A DNA stretch of 45,869 nucleotides, taken from assembly GCA_964644705.1 (NCBI GenBank), contig CAZXYF010000001.1, forward strand, positions 1 through 45,869. Reading direction: 5' to 3'. Both the position numbers and the translations under genes were made by a program. The notes under the pieces were generated by a model that searched no databases, had not been told where the DNA came from, and saw only the letters and a list, made by a program, of their open reading frames with translations. The DNA comes from an uncultured candidatus Brocadiaceae bacterium (GTDB taxonomy: Bacteria; Planctomycetota; Brocadiia; SM23-32). Positions 44,783 through 45,869 of the stretch are shown here, one piece after another (position 1 is the first letter of the stretch; every line of letters begins with the position of its first letter).

Positions 44783-45654
44783 GAAAGTTAGTGTCTGAAA
44801 TGCGAATGATTGTTGTCATCATGTCGATTTTCTCCGTTTTCACCGTTAGTTCTGCCGTGGCAGATGACGCTGAAATGTCGGCAGAGGAAATCGTCCGGAA
44901 ATCAAACAATGTCGCCTATTACCAGGGCCGGGATGGCCGGGCCAGGGTGACCATGAAAATTGTGGACTCGCAGGGACGGAAACGGTATCGAGAATTGATT
45001 ATTCTGCGACGCGACGACCGACCGGATGAAGACAACAAACAGGCAATGAAGGAGTTTAAAAACGACACATACACGGGTGATCAGCGATTCTACGTCTATT
45101 TCCAGAAGCCATCGGATTGGGAAAAAACTGTTTTTCTCGTGTGGAAACACGTCAAACTGGCCAAGGATGATGACCGATGGCTTTATCTGCCCGCTCTCGA
45201 TCTGGTCAAGCGGATATCGGCTGGAGACGAGCGGACGAGTTTTGCGGGCTCCAATTTTTACTACGAAGATATATCGGGACGTAACACGAACGAGGATCAC
45301 CATGAGCTGGTGAATACGACGAAGCAGTATTACGTCCTCAAAAACACCCCCAAAAAACCCGACCTCGTACGCTTCAAATACTACAAAATGTACATTCACA
45401 AAGCCACATTCCTGCCTGTCCAGGTCGAATACTACGACGAACAGGGAGAAAAATACCGTCAATACAAGGTTGAAGGGGTCGAAAAAATTCAGGGTTATTG
45501 GACTGTTACAAAGTCAAGCATGAAAAACACCGACACTGGTGGCTATACCGAGATAACTTACAACGACGTCGAATATGACGTTGATTTGCCCAAGGATATT
45601 TTCACGAAGAGGTATTTGCGGAAAGCGCCAGCAAGATACTTGAAGCTTGATTAA
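44779..45654 (+). CDS. LolA-like outer-membrane lipoprotein-sorting family protein
   Basis: The ATG at 44779 overlaps the MMPL stop (ATGA). Signal peptide MRKLVSEMRMIVVIMSIFSVFTVSSAVADD. The pattern AYYQGRDGRARVTMKIVDSQGRKRYRELIILRRD is typical of LolA-like partners of MMPL exporters. Confidence 0.75.
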   Translation: MRKLVSEMRMIVVIMSIFSVFTVSSAVADDAEMSAEEIVRKSNNVAYYQGRDGRARVTMKIVDSQGRKRYRELIILRRDDRPDEDNKQAMKEFKNDTYTGDQRFYVYFQKPSDWEKTVFLVWKHVKLAKDDDRWLYLPALDLVKRISAGDERTSFAGSNFYYEDISGRNTNEDHHELVNTTKQYYVLKNTPKKPDLVRFKYYKMYIHKATFLPVQVEYYDEQGEKYRQYKVEGVEKIQGYWTVTKSSMKNTDTGGYTEITYNDVEYDVDLPKDIFTKRYLRKAPARYLKLD

Positions 45655-45700
45655 ATTGTTATTAGTGAGCTACCCGGGAGCTGACGCAAAAAACGGAAAG

Positions 45701-45869
45701 GTGAGAATACAGTTGTCAAAATACACCAGGCCAAACAGATTGATACCATCCGCTGTGTTCTGTCTCATGCTTGTGGCAACCTGGGGGCTGCCTGCAAGCG
45801 CGGAGGACGCCTCTGGCTTATCGAATCGTGACAATAAGGCAGAGGAAAATCCGAGTCCGGAGCTCCCCA
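45701..45869 (+). CDS. 5' part of a secreted protein (runs off the window)
   Basis: The frame stays open from GTG 45701 (or TTG 45713, 7 nt after AAGGTGAG) to the window end. It encodes a signal peptide ...SAVFCLMLVATWGLPASA/EDA. It is not in the ORF track because no stop is reached. Confidence 0.45.
   Translation, partial: MRIQLSKYTRPNRLIPSAVFCLMLVATWGLPASAEDASGLSNRDNKAEENPSPELP

Overview
This looks like a core-chromosome segment of about 40 CDS plus one tRNA-Ser(GCU). It is probably from an anaerobic PVC-group bacterium (Kiritimatiellota, Lentisphaerota or Planctomycetota-like). That placement is an inference from two prepilin-type H-X9-DG proteins, an FGE-family lipoprotein, a split archaeal-type glutamate synthase and a fused Nfn-like flavoprotein. 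I recognised no mobile elements, cas genes or defence genes. Nitrogen assimilation dominates the window: glnA followed by a five-gene split GOGAT cluster (15.7-22.7 kb), a porin-amtB-glnK operon (35.4-38.1 kb), a GAF-type sigma54 activator and an orphan sensor kinase. Both glnA and the porin-amtB-glnK operon carry near-consensus sigma54 -24/-12 promoters, but with two different upstream dyad types. Other content: ftsH; a CDF / Nfn-like fusion / Fe-chelate-or-B12-type ABC importer gene string; rpsB-tsf-pyrH-frr; a pgsA-like gene; hppA-rsfS; argC; and an arsR-DUF302-MMPL-LolA-like module. The most unusual element is a set of three tandem 66-nt-period hairpin modules (38389-38563), whose stem changes preserve base pairing. 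They sit between the sensor-kinase terminator and the sigma54 enhancer region of the amtB operon, and none of the annotated features explains them. A second notable signal is a prepilin-like gene whose canonical H-X9-DG C-terminus lies in the -1 frame after a homopolymer run. All calls rest on reading motifs by eye; no database search was run.
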